From Candidatus Freyarchaeum deiterrae (GTDB lineage Archaea; Asgardarchaeota; Jordiarchaeia; Jordiarchaeales; Jordiarchaeaceae): DNA of 64,000 nt. This document shows positions 20,001 to 30,199 of the stretch, in pieces. The notes beneath the pieces were generated by a model. It was not told the DNA's origin. It saw only the letters and a program-made list of their open reading frames with translations, and ran no database searches. The DNA lies in contig CP147778.1 in NCBI GenBank assembly GCA_037305845.1, forward strand, positions 2,112,001 to 2,176,000, read 5' to 3'. The number at the start of each line of letters is the position of its first letter. Position 1 is the stretch's first letter. A program made the position numbers and the translations under genes.

Positions 20001-20837
20001 ATGAAAATAACACATAAAGATGGAAATTTCGAAGGCAAAAATGGAACAAAAATATACTACCAATTATGGAAACCAGACAAAGTAAAAGACGCAATGATAA
20101 TATCACACGGTTATGCAGAGTATTCAGGAAGATACCCTCATGTTGGGGATCACTTCGCCAATGAAGGAATAGCCGTCTACGCCTTGGATCACAGAGGACA
20201 CGGTCTTTCCGAAGGGCACCGTGGACATATAGATAGCTTCGACGATTACCTGGCGGATTTAGACACCTTCTTCGGAATAGTCAAAGGAATGGAGAAGGGA
20301 AAGAAAATTTTTCTTTTGGGGCACAGTATGGGTGGAACAATAGCCATAGCGTACGCACTAAAGCAGCCGAAAAAAATGAACGGCCTAATTCTATCCTCCC
20401 CTTGGTTAAAAACTGCTAGCCCGCCAGATCCAGAACTTGTAAAACAAATTGTGGCGCTTTCACAGAGTAACCCCACACAAGATTTACCAGCCCCAGTGGA
20501 GCCCAAAAACATATCACATGACCCCGTTGTTGTCAATGCTTATGACAAGGATCCCATGGTTTTTAGGACGCTTACTGCTAGATTCATCGTGGAGATCTTC
20601 ACCGCTTGTGAAAATGACATTAAGAACGCGGGTAAGCTGGTGGTTCCAACCCTGCATATGTACGCTGGAGCAGACAAAGTGGTGGATCCTGACGGCAGTA
20701 AAGAATTCGCTAAGGGAGTAAAGGAAAAAGACTATAAAGTGATAGTCTTCCCCGACTTCTACCACGAACTATTTAACGAAGTAGAAAAACAAAAAGTCTT
20801 CGATGCCGTGGACACTTGGCTAAAACCAAGACTCTAA
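20001..20837 (+). CDS. Lysophospholipase / monoacylglycerol lipase (alpha/beta hydrolase)
   Basis: HGYAEYSGRY, DHRGHG, GHSMGG, HELFNE. Confidence 0.92.
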   Translation: MKITHKDGNFEGKNGTKIYYQLWKPDKVKDAMIISHGYAEYSGRYPHVGDHFANEGIAVYALDHRGHGLSEGHRGHIDSFDDYLADLDTFFGIVKGMEKGKKIFLLGHSMGGTIAIAYALKQPKKMNGLILSSPWLKTASPPDPELVKQIVALSQSNPTQDLPAPVEPKNISHDPVVVNAYDKDPMVFRTLTARFIVEIFTACENDIKNAGKLVVPTLHMYAGADKVVDPDGSKEFAKGVKEKDYKVIVFPDFYHELFNEVEKQKVFDAVDTWLKPRL

Positions 20838-21100
20838 ACAAAAACATAATTAGATTAAATTTATTCTCCTCTTTTTCTATTTTAAAAAATTCTAAAACAG
20901 AATAATAATATCTAAAATTATATATAACCTCAACACGCTAACCACAGTAGGCCTACCAACTTCAGAACTAAAATTAGTTGAGACCTCGATAAGGTTCCTC
21001 TTACCATCTTCATAAATCCTATGAAACCTCATAGGTTAATAGTTAAAGAAAGACTTAAATAATTTTAAAATGAATTCTAAAAGATAGGTGGGTAAGCTTT

Positions 21101-22294
21101 ATGTCAATAGATCTTGTTTCTGTAGTAAAAACTCTTCTTCCCTTTGTAACGCCTCTAGTTACAGCCGTTGCAAAGTCTACCGCCACTTGGCTTTCTAAGA
21201 AATTTGGAGATAAAATTAAAGCGGGAAAACTGGAGCAAGACTTGATTAAGGCTGTTGATAAGGGAAGGATTGAAGACTTTATCAAGGAATATAAAAAGTA
21301 TCTCTCAGAGGAAGACATAAAGAGAATTCGTGCCATCGCAGGTCTCAGAGATTTATTTGATAAAGCGAAGCGAATTCTTGAATCTAAAAAATATACTATA
21401 GACGCCGCGAATACTTTCACGGATTTAGCAAAGACTCTAGAAGATGTCACAACAGGAATCTCTTTTGAAGAAGCGGGAATAAAAGCGATAAATGTTCTAG
21501 ACTCCGAGGTGAACGAGGAAATAGCCGTTACCAGCGAAGAGTATATTGTGGCTCTTCTCCTCAGGTTTGCTGCTGTAGTTTGGACACAGTTAGCAATGAA
21601 GTTGACGCCCTCTATGGAGGGTTGGGCATTAGAATATGACGCAAGCATAAAAGTTGTTTTGGCTCCACCAACATTAGCGCTAAATAGAGCAATGGCTGCA
21701 GAGGCTAAAGAGGAGCGCGACGACGAGGCTAAAAAGGCTGTAATGGGAGGGTCAGAGTTTCTAAAGTTCAGAGGAGACTATCTGAGCCTGATGCAGTTTT
21801 ATAGAGAAGGAATCGCTATTAGGAACCAATACCTTGAAGCAGTTTCATGTTTAAAGACAGCGCAATTAAAAGTCAGAGTGGTTCAGGGTAAACAGAAGAT
21901 ACACAAGCATATGACTCCAAGCCACCTAGACGGTTTGGTTTCAGGTTTCAGAGGAGAGGCTCAGTTTTGGCAGTTTAATATCTCAGAAAATCTACCTCAA
22001 TTAGCTGAAACCGTTATAAACTTCTACAATAACAATCAACAAGGTACAAAGAAATACTTACAAGAACACCTCGAAGTTTCGAAGGAAGAGTTCAACGAAT
22101 TCTTAGACTGCTTGAACCTATACCAAAACACAAGAGACGGCTTCGCTGGAGCCCTCAAACTATACAAATACGCCGCAGAAAAATGCACACCCGGAAAAGA
22201 CATGGATATGATACAAGGTAGAATCGTCGAAACGCAGAAGCGTGCTTCAAATAATCCCAAAGTACTCGTCCCAGATTCCAAACCAATCCTATAA
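21101..22294 (+). CDS. Hypothetical helical protein (397 aa)
   Basis: Long ORF with GGTGGG upstream; no recognised motif. Confidence 0.65.
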   Translation: MSIDLVSVVKTLLPFVTPLVTAVAKSTATWLSKKFGDKIKAGKLEQDLIKAVDKGRIEDFIKEYKKYLSEEDIKRIRAIAGLRDLFDKAKRILESKKYTIDAANTFTDLAKTLEDVTTGISFEEAGIKAINVLDSEVNEEIAVTSEEYIVALLLRFAAVVWTQLAMKLTPSMEGWALEYDASIKVVLAPPTLALNRAMAAEAKEERDDEAKKAVMGGSEFLKFRGDYLSLMQFYREGIAIRNQYLEAVSCLKTAQLKVRVVQGKQKIHKHMTPSHLDGLVSGFRGEAQFWQFNISENLPQLAETVINFYNNNQQGTKKYLQEHLEVSKEEFNEFLDCLNLYQNTRDGFAGALKLYKYAAEKCTPGKDMDMIQGRIVETQKRASNNPKVLVPDSKPIL

Positions 22295-22470
22295 CCCGCA
22301 CATTAAATAATATTATTTCAAGTGAAAGCTGAATCTCAAAAGCAAAATAAAAACATGTTTGATACCCATTAAATTAAGACTGAATAATAGCGCTGGAAAG
22401 CTGGTTTAGCGTTGCTTTAAAGAAAAGAGAGAATTGAGTTACTGGTTTATAAGGATACTTGCAATAATGC

Positions 22471-22953
22471 TCAAATTTCTGATTTACTTATTTTTTTGAT
22501 GTCTTTCCTAATTTTGTCGGCTATAATTTCTGCTATCTGTTCGATTAGGGGCTCTGTGTACTCTATTTCCGTGTTTGCAACCTGTTTCTTCACTTCTTCA
22601 AGTATTTTTGGTATGTCTTTCTCAGTGTGTTTGCAATGGGTTAAAAACAGGGGAACCACAATTATTTTTTCTATACCGCTATCCGCGAGCTGCTTAATAG
22701 TATCTTGGATGCTCGGTGAGCAGAACTCTGAGTACCCTACCTCAACCTGCAGATCTAGCTTCTCTCTCACTCTCTTAGCAAGGTTCTCAGTTTCCAGTTT
22801 GTGAGGATCATTTATACCGTCTGTGTTTCGGGGCAGTTTTCTAGCCATTTCGGATATTTTCTCCATCATTTCTTCGCCTTTTCCCATCTCGTAGTCTAAT
22901 GGGATGTCTCCATGGGCAGCTATGACAACTCCAACCTTCTTCACATTTATCAC
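22471..22953 (-). CDS. CbiX/SirB-family chelatase
   Basis: AHG, GYSEFCSPSI, VVPLFL...HTEKDIP. Confidence 0.88.
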   Translation of the reverse strand: MINVKKVGVVIAAHGDIPLDYEMGKGEEMMEKISEMARKLPRNTDGINDPHKLETENLAKRVREKLDLQVEVGYSEFCSPSIQDTIKQLADSGIEKIIVVPLFLTHCKHTEKDIPKILEEVKKQVANTEIEYTEPLIEQIAEIIADKIRKDIKKISKSEI

Positions 22954-23029
22954 CTTTTATTTTCCGATCAGCAGAGTTATCCTATGTTGAAACAAAGTTT
23001 ATAATATAGGTAAAAGCTTTTTAATAGTT

Positions 23030-24289
23030 ATGAGCGGGAGCACATTAAAAAATTATATGCATAAATTTATTGTGGATATCTGCGATAAAATAGGCCCTCG
23101 AGAATCTGGTGCTAAGGAAGAGGAACTCGCGGGAAATAGAATCGAAGAAGAATTAAAAAAATTCTGTGACGAGACGCATCAGGAGGAGTATACTAGTAGC
23201 CCTACCGCCTTTTTGGGTTTTATTAGATACGGGTCTATTATGATTATTTTTGGAATTGTCCTTTACTGGTTTTCTCTTTTAATTGACCTCGGATTGATTC
23301 GAAGTATCGGCAGTTTAGCTTTAGTTTCCTCTCTCATCGCTAGTATTCTTTCTGCTTTTACGGTTAGCTATTTTATCTTAGAAGTTATGCGCTACAGGGA
23401 ATTAGTGGACTTTGCTTTTCCGAAAAAGAGGTCTAAAAATGTTATCGGAACAATAAACCCCACAGGTAAAGCTAAGCACACCATCATCTTCGCCGGGCAT
23501 CATGACTCAGCTTACGAATTTAACATATTTTACCATCTAAAGACAATGGGCGCCGCAACCATTTTTATAGGATACGTTGGGTCAATAGTTTTTTGCATAG
23601 TTAGCATTTTGAAAACAATTTCCTATTACCTGACTTTACCGTTTGATTCAAGACTGCTTTTTATCGGGTTCGGAGTGTTCTTACTATTTTTAGCTCCTAT
23701 CGCTGCTATTTACATTTTCTTTCACAGCTATAAACCCGTACTAGGAGCCTTTGACAATTTATCAGCAGTAGCCGTAACACTAGGTATAGGTAAATATTTG
23801 TCCGAAAATAAAAACGACGCAAAAATCTATCCCAAACACACCCGCATTTACTTAATATCTTACGCAGGGGAAGAAGCGGGACTAAGGGGATCGAAACGCT
23901 ACGTTAAAGCCCACTATGAAGACTTGAAAAAAAACGAAACAATTCTAATCAATATGGACGGTATCGCGGCTAAGGACAATGTTATCATCATGAATAGGGA
24001 AACACTAATCGGGGCCAAACATAATCCGGAAATATGCGCAACATTACTGAAAATAGCTCAGGAACAAGGTATAAACGCTCATTTAGGCTCTTTGCCCTTC
24101 GGAGCGACTGACGCCGCAGCTTTCAGCCGTAAAAAACTGCTTGCAACAACAATTAGTTCTCAGGACTTCAGCCACCTTCCTCCATTTTATCACACAAGAC
24201 TTGATACGCCAGATGTGGTTGATAAAGAGGCCTTAGGACAAGTGTTACAAATTTGTTTGGGATACTTAAAATATATTGAAAGTTTATGA
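23030..24289 (+). CDS. Membrane-embedded M28 family metallopeptidase
   Basis: IGPR, GHHDS, GAFDNLS, GEEAGLRGS, NMD, TDA, YHTRLD with internal TM helices. Confidence 0.88.
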   Translation: MSGSTLKNYMHKFIVDICDKIGPRESGAKEEELAGNRIEEELKKFCDETHQEEYTSSPTAFLGFIRYGSIMIIFGIVLYWFSLLIDLGLIRSIGSLALVSSLIASILSAFTVSYFILEVMRYRELVDFAFPKKRSKNVIGTINPTGKAKHTIIFAGHHDSAYEFNIFYHLKTMGAATIFIGYVGSIVFCIVSILKTISYYLTLPFDSRLLFIGFGVFLLFLAPIAAIYIFFHSYKPVLGAFDNLSAVAVTLGIGKYLSENKNDAKIYPKHTRIYLISYAGEEAGLRGSKRYVKAHYEDLKKNETILINMDGIAAKDNVIIMNRETLIGAKHNPEICATLLKIAQEQGINAHLGSLPFGATDAAAFSRKKLLATTISSQDFSHLPPFYHTRLDTPDVVDKEALGQVLQICLGYLKYIESL

Positions 24290-24425
24290 TTAGCTACACT
24301 TAATGTAATGATTGCAAGATGTTTCTTGAAAACTATCTGTAAGACGTAAGGAAATAGTGTTGTTAGTAGTTGACACACTTGATACGTTTCAAAGATTTTG
24401 AATGTTTGTGGTTTAAGCTTTAATA

Positions 24426-25475
24426 ATGGGATTAACTTTGGTGGGAGAAATGGTTATGAGTTGTATGTTGGAATCCCTGAAAAGCGAATTAATTGATCTA
24501 ATTTTATCAATGGGAGCCGTGGGAGCGAGAGTTGCTAATTTGAAGATGCTTGAGGGTCCACCTTCTGCAGACCCCACATATGTTCTACCCGAAGCACAAT
24601 CAGTTATAGCCTTCGCTGTACCCCTAGGGAAAGACTTTATACCCGACTACCTTGGAAAGGTAACACGCCTGACGTTTAGCAGAATCATGTATGAGAAGTA
24701 CCAACTCATAGGAGTCATCGGCCAGAAAATGGTAGAATATTTACAGCATAGGGGCTTTCGAGCAGTAAGCCCTCAGCCGAACGGTATATATCGGCCAACA
24801 AATCCCGGCTCCGGCTCTTTGGCTCCTGATTTTTCTCATAGGTATGCAGCCCTAGCATCCGGACTTGGCACATTGGGTTGGAGCGGAAACGTATTGATTA
24901 AAGGACATTGGGCAACGACATTTTTAGGTTCTGTTATAACCGATGCAATGCTTCCCTCAGACGCCCCCCTACAGGAACGGCTTTGCGATGATTGTAAGAT
25001 ATGCACTAAGGTGTGCCCCTTGGGATTTATACATCCAAAAGAACCACAAACAGTTATTCTTGGAGGCAGGGAGTATGTTTGCAGCAAGAGGGGAAACCAC
25101 CTACGCTGCGGCTTAGCCTGTGGGGGATATGTAGGAATAAGTCGTGATGGAAAATGGTCATCATGGGCCACTCTTCGATATAAAGTTCCTGAAGACGACA
25201 GTAAACTATTAGACATATTCACGCGTGCGGTGCAAGACCCTGCCTCTAAATATATTCGTAGGCACCTTTTCTATGGGGGCCAGGGTGTATTGGCCAGAAG
25301 CATTGAGGACACAAATCCTACCTGCTGTCACTGTGTTTTGGTTTGCAGCGGACCTAGGAAGGAACGAGAAAAACTACTAAAGAAACTACATTCTTCTGGT
25401 ATAGTTGTAAGATTAGAGGACGGAACGGAAAAGGCTGTTAAACCTGAGGAATTAGAAAATATTTTCACCGAATAA
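24426..25475 (+). CDS. Epoxyqueuosine reductase / reductive dehalogenase-like Fe-S cobalamin protein
   Basis: SHRYAALASGLGTLG, GSVITD, CDDCKICTKVCP, CCHCVLVC. Confidence 0.8.
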   Translation: MGLTLVGEMVMSCMLESLKSELIDLILSMGAVGARVANLKMLEGPPSADPTYVLPEAQSVIAFAVPLGKDFIPDYLGKVTRLTFSRIMYEKYQLIGVIGQKMVEYLQHRGFRAVSPQPNGIYRPTNPGSGSLAPDFSHRYAALASGLGTLGWSGNVLIKGHWATTFLGSVITDAMLPSDAPLQERLCDDCKICTKVCPLGFIHPKEPQTVILGGREYVCSKRGNHLRCGLACGGYVGISRDGKWSSWATLRYKVPEDDSKLLDIFTRAVQDPASKYIRRHLFYGGQGVLARSIEDTNPTCCHCVLVCSGPRKEREKLLKKLHSSGIVVRLEDGTEKAVKPEELENIFTE

Positions 25476-25577
25476 AATTCAAATAATAGAATCAGCGAAC
25501 GCGAAGAAATCTAAAATATATTTTGGAAAATTTACTTTAAATTAGTTCAGATTCGAAAGAAAAGGATTGGAAAAGAA

Positions 25578-26825
25578 ATGGTTAAACAAAAAAACAAGGA
25601 ACCTCAGCCGTCACCCGTTTCTCCACAATATAAAGGTCTCGAGGAAGTATCCCCCAAAATTTACTGCATAAACACTTTTGGAAACGTAGGCTTTATTGTC
25701 ACAGATGAGGGAGTAGTGGTTGTTGATACCGCTATTCACCATTTTGGGGAAATGATCCGGAATGATATACGGAAGATTACTGACGCCCCGATTCACTCGG
25801 TGATTTACACTCATGGACATTACGACCACGCATTTGGTGTTTGGGCTTTATTAAAAGATGCTGAGGAGCGAGGAGACCCTAAACCCAGAATAATTGCCCA
25901 CGAGAATGTAGTTAGGCGGTTCAACAGATACCAGGAATTACAGAACCAACAGGAATTCATAAACCGGATCCAGTTCAGCGTTCCTGAGGGAATCAGCGCT
26001 GTTCCCAAAGAATATCATTACCCCGATGTAACTTACCATGACCGTTTCAGTTTCCGCCTCGGTGGCTTGACCTTTGAGCTCAGATCCGGAATGGGGGAAA
26101 CAGACGATGCTACTTGGGTTTGGATTCCTGAGAAACGAACTATCTTTTCCGGCGACTTTATCCTCTGGTCATTTCCCAATATAGGAAACCCCTTCAAGGT
26201 TCAACGTTATGAGACTGAATGGGCAGAAGCCTTAGAACAGATGGCTTCCCTACATCCAGACATTCTAGTCCCAGGACACGGCCCAGTTATTCGGGGCGAA
26301 GAAACTCAGAAGGTTTGCCTCAACACCGCTAGAGCTCTTCGCTATCTACACGAAGAGGTTGTTAAACGATTGAACCAAGGAGCTTGGATTGAGCAGATAC
26401 TAGATGAGGTAAAACTTCCCGAAGACTTGGCCAATGAGCCCTATTTGGCTCCCGTTTATGGATGCCCCACCTTCGTTATCCACGGCATACACAGACGCTA
26501 TGCAGGTTGGTACGACGGCAATCCTTCACATCTATATCCTTCTAAAACAACAGACATTGCCAAGGAAGTTGTAAACTTAGCCGGAGGACCAGAAGCATTG
26601 CTTAATCGTGCTAAGGCCTTAAAGGAAGCTGGGGAAATACAATTGGCTCTGCACCTAGTGGACTTCGTCCTAAACAACTCCGAAACTGCTAGTTTAAAGG
26701 ATGCCCACGAACTTAAAGCAGACTTGCTTCAAGCTAAAGCCGACGTAGAACCGAGCTTTATAGCCCGCAATATCCTTCTTAATGGTGCCAGTCGAGAGCG
26801 GCAAATTGCTCGTGAAGCAAAATAA
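25578..26825 (+). CDS. Alkyl sulfatase-like metallo-beta-lactamase
   Basis: THGHYDH, GETDD, SGD, PGHG, YAGWYDGNP dimerisation region. Confidence 0.9.
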   Translation: MVKQKNKEPQPSPVSPQYKGLEEVSPKIYCINTFGNVGFIVTDEGVVVVDTAIHHFGEMIRNDIRKITDAPIHSVIYTHGHYDHAFGVWALLKDAEERGDPKPRIIAHENVVRRFNRYQELQNQQEFINRIQFSVPEGISAVPKEYHYPDVTYHDRFSFRLGGLTFELRSGMGETDDATWVWIPEKRTIFSGDFILWSFPNIGNPFKVQRYETEWAEALEQMASLHPDILVPGHGPVIRGEETQKVCLNTARALRYLHEEVVKRLNQGAWIEQILDEVKLPEDLANEPYLAPVYGCPTFVIHGIHRRYAGWYDGNPSHLYPSKTTDIAKEVVNLAGGPEALLNRAKALKEAGEIQLALHLVDFVLNNSETASLKDAHELKADLLQAKADVEPSFIARNILLNGASRERQIAREAK

Positions 26826-26980
26826 CCACCTGTTCTTTTAATGACTGTGGTACCTGATAAAGACGACGAGTTCGTGTATCTAAGAGATTTAAAAATTGTA
26901 GCTCATTGAGCAAGCTCATCTATTTTATGTGGGCACAATGTAATAATTATGTTTTTGTGGGTAAGGTTAACTAAATTTTT

Positions 26981-27415
26981 TTGGGTCTAAATAAGGGTAT
27001 GCCAGTCGAAGAAGCTTTTGAGGGAACCAACCTTGAGCACTTTCACAACCTCCCCAGATTCAAGGAGGTTAATGAAACAGTCTGGAGGGGACTCACCCCA
27101 AGAGTTCAAGTCCTCTCAGTCAGCATCCTGAGCCACATCCTTTTCATGGCCCGCATGATTCTCGAATCAGTAAAATCCCTGTGAACCATATGCCTCTTCT
27201 TAGTGAAGACAGAAGACTGTTCGGTCTGCACCCCACTCAAGAAGAAGAGAAAAAAGCCCCACATTGTCCTACGCAAAATATACGTTTACTGCCTCCTGAG
27301 AGGTGAGATGAGAATCTTTCTCAGGTCGAGGATAGAAACTCTACATGTCCAAAACGTGCCACTCAGCCCAAAAAAAACATTATTACATCATGCCGAAAAA
27401 AATCAAAATACTTAA
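26981..27415 (+). pseudogene. Possible degenerate DDE transposase C-terminal remnant
   Basis: Two short ORFs in the same frame separated by one TGA; PVEEAF...RGL..RV...SILSHIL resembles IS4/IS5-type C-termini; no terminal repeats found. Confidence 0.35.
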
Positions 27416-27473
27416 ATCTGAGAAAAATATTATGTTTAAAAAACATATACTTAATTTCTAAATGATAACCACC

Positions 27474-27493
27474 GAATGAACAAATGTTCATTC
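27474..27493. promoter_or_regulatory. Palindromic operator candidate upstream of the glycyl radical enzyme gene
   Basis: GAATGAACA-AA-TGTTCATTC, perfect 9-bp inverted repeat about 60 nt before the ATG. Confidence 0.55.
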
Positions 27494-27554
27494 AACCCTT
27501 CTAAACAATTCAAAAATCCGCTTTATATTAACAAAAAGGAGGAAGAGAAATTAT

Positions 27555-30053
27555 ATGACAATTATAGTGAAAACTGACCAAAGTCAGGATCAAGCCGGGA
27601 AACTGCCGAAGCGCATTGCGATGCTTAAAGACAGATTGTATTCCCGGCATATGGAGACGGACATCGAACGCGCTTTGTATTACACCAGAGCGTACAAGCG
27701 CAGTGAAGGTCAGCCCGCTTGTATACGCGCTGCCCTGGGGCTAGAAGAGACGTTGCGCAACATGACCATTAGAATTGAAGACGGGGAACGCATCGTAGGG
27801 TCGAAATCCGCCAAGGAATGGGGAGGCCCCATGTACCTTGAAGCGGGCGGTCAGACCGTGTGGACAGCCATGGCCTTAATGTTCCACGGGAAGCCGGATG
27901 CCCTCAAGGCTACGCTTCCAAACGGTGCTCTGGGGGTGAGTGCTGAATTCCTTAGAGATGCGCCCAAAATATCGGAGGAAGAGTACCAGGAGCTGGCCAA
28001 AGAGATTCTGCCGTACTGGAAGGATAACTGTACGCAAGTTCGCAAGATGGCTCGTTGGAAGGAAGAAGGACTAGCTCCCTCCGGCGAATGCAATGCGGGC
28101 GGCGTGTGGATAGGTCTGGGCGAGGGTATAGGACTATCCGTTGCGGGAGGAGAGCTGGGCATAAAATCTGATGCTACTGCTGGTACGATTGACTTTCAAG
28201 GCCATGTGACGATAGGTATTAAGAAGGTTCTGGACATGGGGTTCAAGGGCATTGCCAAACAGGCAGCCGAACAGCTGGCAAAGCTCAGTCCGAACGAGGA
28301 AGACTACGAGCAGCGCAAGGACTTCCTAGAATCAGTGCAGGTGTCGGCGGAGGCGGCCTGCTTGTTCGCAGAACGCTACGCCAAACTGGCGAAGAAAATG
28401 GCGGCGAAAGCTACTGGCCAGAGAAAAGAAGAGCTGCTGAAGATCGCCAAGCGGTGTCATCGAGTGCCTGCGCGACCCCCGCGGAATTTCACGGAGGCTG
28501 TGCAAGCCATCTGGTTAACCCAGGCCATGGTCCTAATTGCCTACGGCGATAGTTCCATCACTTGTCCCGGCAGGGTAGACCAGTTTCTATATCCATATTA
28601 CAAGAAAGACATTCAGAAGGGACTGATTACCCGTGAAGATGCCCTCGAGATAATCGAGGAGTACTATCTGAAGCTGGCCACTAATATCTACTTCGGCCCC
28701 AACAATGTCACCATCGGCGGCTTGAACAAGGAGGGTGAAGACGCAACAAACGAAGTCAGCTACTTATTCGTCGAAGCCCACAGGAACCTGAAAGGACTTC
28801 GCAATGGCCTAGCCATCAGGATCTCTCCGAAAACACCGCGTGACTTTCTCCTAAAGGCTTGCGAAGTGCACAGGATCACGGCAGGCATTGCCTTCCATAA
28901 TGACAATGTACTCATTCCCTCTCTTATGGGAGATGGATATTCGCTGGCTGATGCGCGGGACTACTCCATCGTGGGATGTACAGAGCCGACCGGCACGGGT
29001 AATAACAACGGAGACACAGCTGGCAACGCGATTTTTCCTGTAGCCCTTCTGGAAACGGCGCTGTATGAGGGACGCAGGGCTAAAGGGCAGAAGCGCTTGG
29101 GTTTGGCAACTCCCCCTGCCAGTGAATTCAAGACTTTTGAAGACGTTAAGAAAGCCTACGAAGACCAACTAAACTCTATCATCGATATTACTGTGAAGAG
29201 GGGAGATTCTCGGGACAGAGTAATCGCGGAAACGTATCCGATCCCTATCCTTTCCAGCACAATAGAAGGATGCGTAGAGTCCGGAAAAGATATCACCATG
29301 GGCGGTGCCCGTTACAACCACGGAGCCGTAGGATGTCAGGCGCTGGCGACGGTGGCCGACTCACTGACCGCCGTCAAATGGGCTGTGTTTGACAAGAAAC
29401 TGGTGAGCATGGAAGAGCTTATGAAGAACATGAGCAACAATTTTGAAGGAGCCGAAAGCTTGAGACGCAAACTGCTCAGCGCACCGAAGTACGGCAACGA
29501 CGATCCATACGCCGACGAAATAGCGGCCTGGGTAGCGAATCTGATCAGCCGTACAATAACAAATAAGAAGTTCCGGTCAAACGGACGGTACAGGACCTGC
29601 TTAATCTCGTCCCTTACTCAGACGGCAGAAGGCGCTACATGTGGTGCCACCCCAGACGGGAGGCTAGCAGGAACCCCGGTCTCTAACGGTATGTCTCCTA
29701 CCAACGGCGCCGATACAAGCGGGGCGACCGCTGCTTTGCGTTCAGCCGCGTTAATGCCAAATGTTGGTTTTAGCGATGGCACAGCCTTAAATGTCAATTT
29801 CAACCCGTCTATCATTAAGACTGAAGAAGGACTGGAAAAATTCGCTTTCCTGATAGAAGGGTATTTTGCTTTGGGCGGCAGGCATGTCCAGTTCAACCCC
29901 ATGAGCAAAGCGACATTGCTGGACGCGCAGGCTCATCCGGAAAACTACACCGATTTGAATGTCAAGGTCTCGGGCTTCTCAGAGCGCTTCATCGACATGC
30001 CCAAGAGCCTGCAAAACGATATCATAGCGCGGACGGAACACGTCGAAATATAG
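27555..30053 (+). CDS. Glycyl radical enzyme (PFL2/dehydratase-like), substrate unknown
   Basis: GRVDQFLYPYY, Cys loop IVGCTEP, PKYGNDD, ATPDGR, Gly loop VKVSGFS. Confidence 0.93.
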   Translation: MTIIVKTDQSQDQAGKLPKRIAMLKDRLYSRHMETDIERALYYTRAYKRSEGQPACIRAALGLEETLRNMTIRIEDGERIVGSKSAKEWGGPMYLEAGGQTVWTAMALMFHGKPDALKATLPNGALGVSAEFLRDAPKISEEEYQELAKEILPYWKDNCTQVRKMARWKEEGLAPSGECNAGGVWIGLGEGIGLSVAGGELGIKSDATAGTIDFQGHVTIGIKKVLDMGFKGIAKQAAEQLAKLSPNEEDYEQRKDFLESVQVSAEAACLFAERYAKLAKKMAAKATGQRKEELLKIAKRCHRVPARPPRNFTEAVQAIWLTQAMVLIAYGDSSITCPGRVDQFLYPYYKKDIQKGLITREDALEIIEEYYLKLATNIYFGPNNVTIGGLNKEGEDATNEVSYLFVEAHRNLKGLRNGLAIRISPKTPRDFLLKACEVHRITAGIAFHNDNVLIPSLMGDGYSLADARDYSIVGCTEPTGTGNNNGDTAGNAIFPVALLETALYEGRRAKGQKRLGLATPPASEFKTFEDVKKAYEDQLNSIIDITVKRGDSRDRVIAETYPIPILSSTIEGCVESGKDITMGGARYNHGAVGCQALATVADSLTAVKWAVFDKKLVSMEELMKNMSNNFEGAESLRRKLLSAPKYGNDDPYADEIAAWVANLISRTITNKKFRSNGRYRTCLISSLTQTAEGATCGATPDGRLAGTPVSNGMSPTNGADTSGATAALRSAALMPNVGFSDGTALNVNFNPSIIKTEEGLEKFAFLIEGYFALGGRHVQFNPMSKATLLDAQAHPENYTDLNVKVSGFSERFIDMPKSLQNDIIARTEHVEI

Positions 30054-30199
30054 CCGTTTCCCAAATATGGTGTCCAGTACTTGTTCAGGCGGGTGCATCA
30101 GCCAGACATTTTTCGCCTGAAGGCAGATGCGTCCGTCCGATATATTTTTTTATATGATTTTTTAAAGTATCTCGTTTCACTGAAGGTGATTCAAAACCG

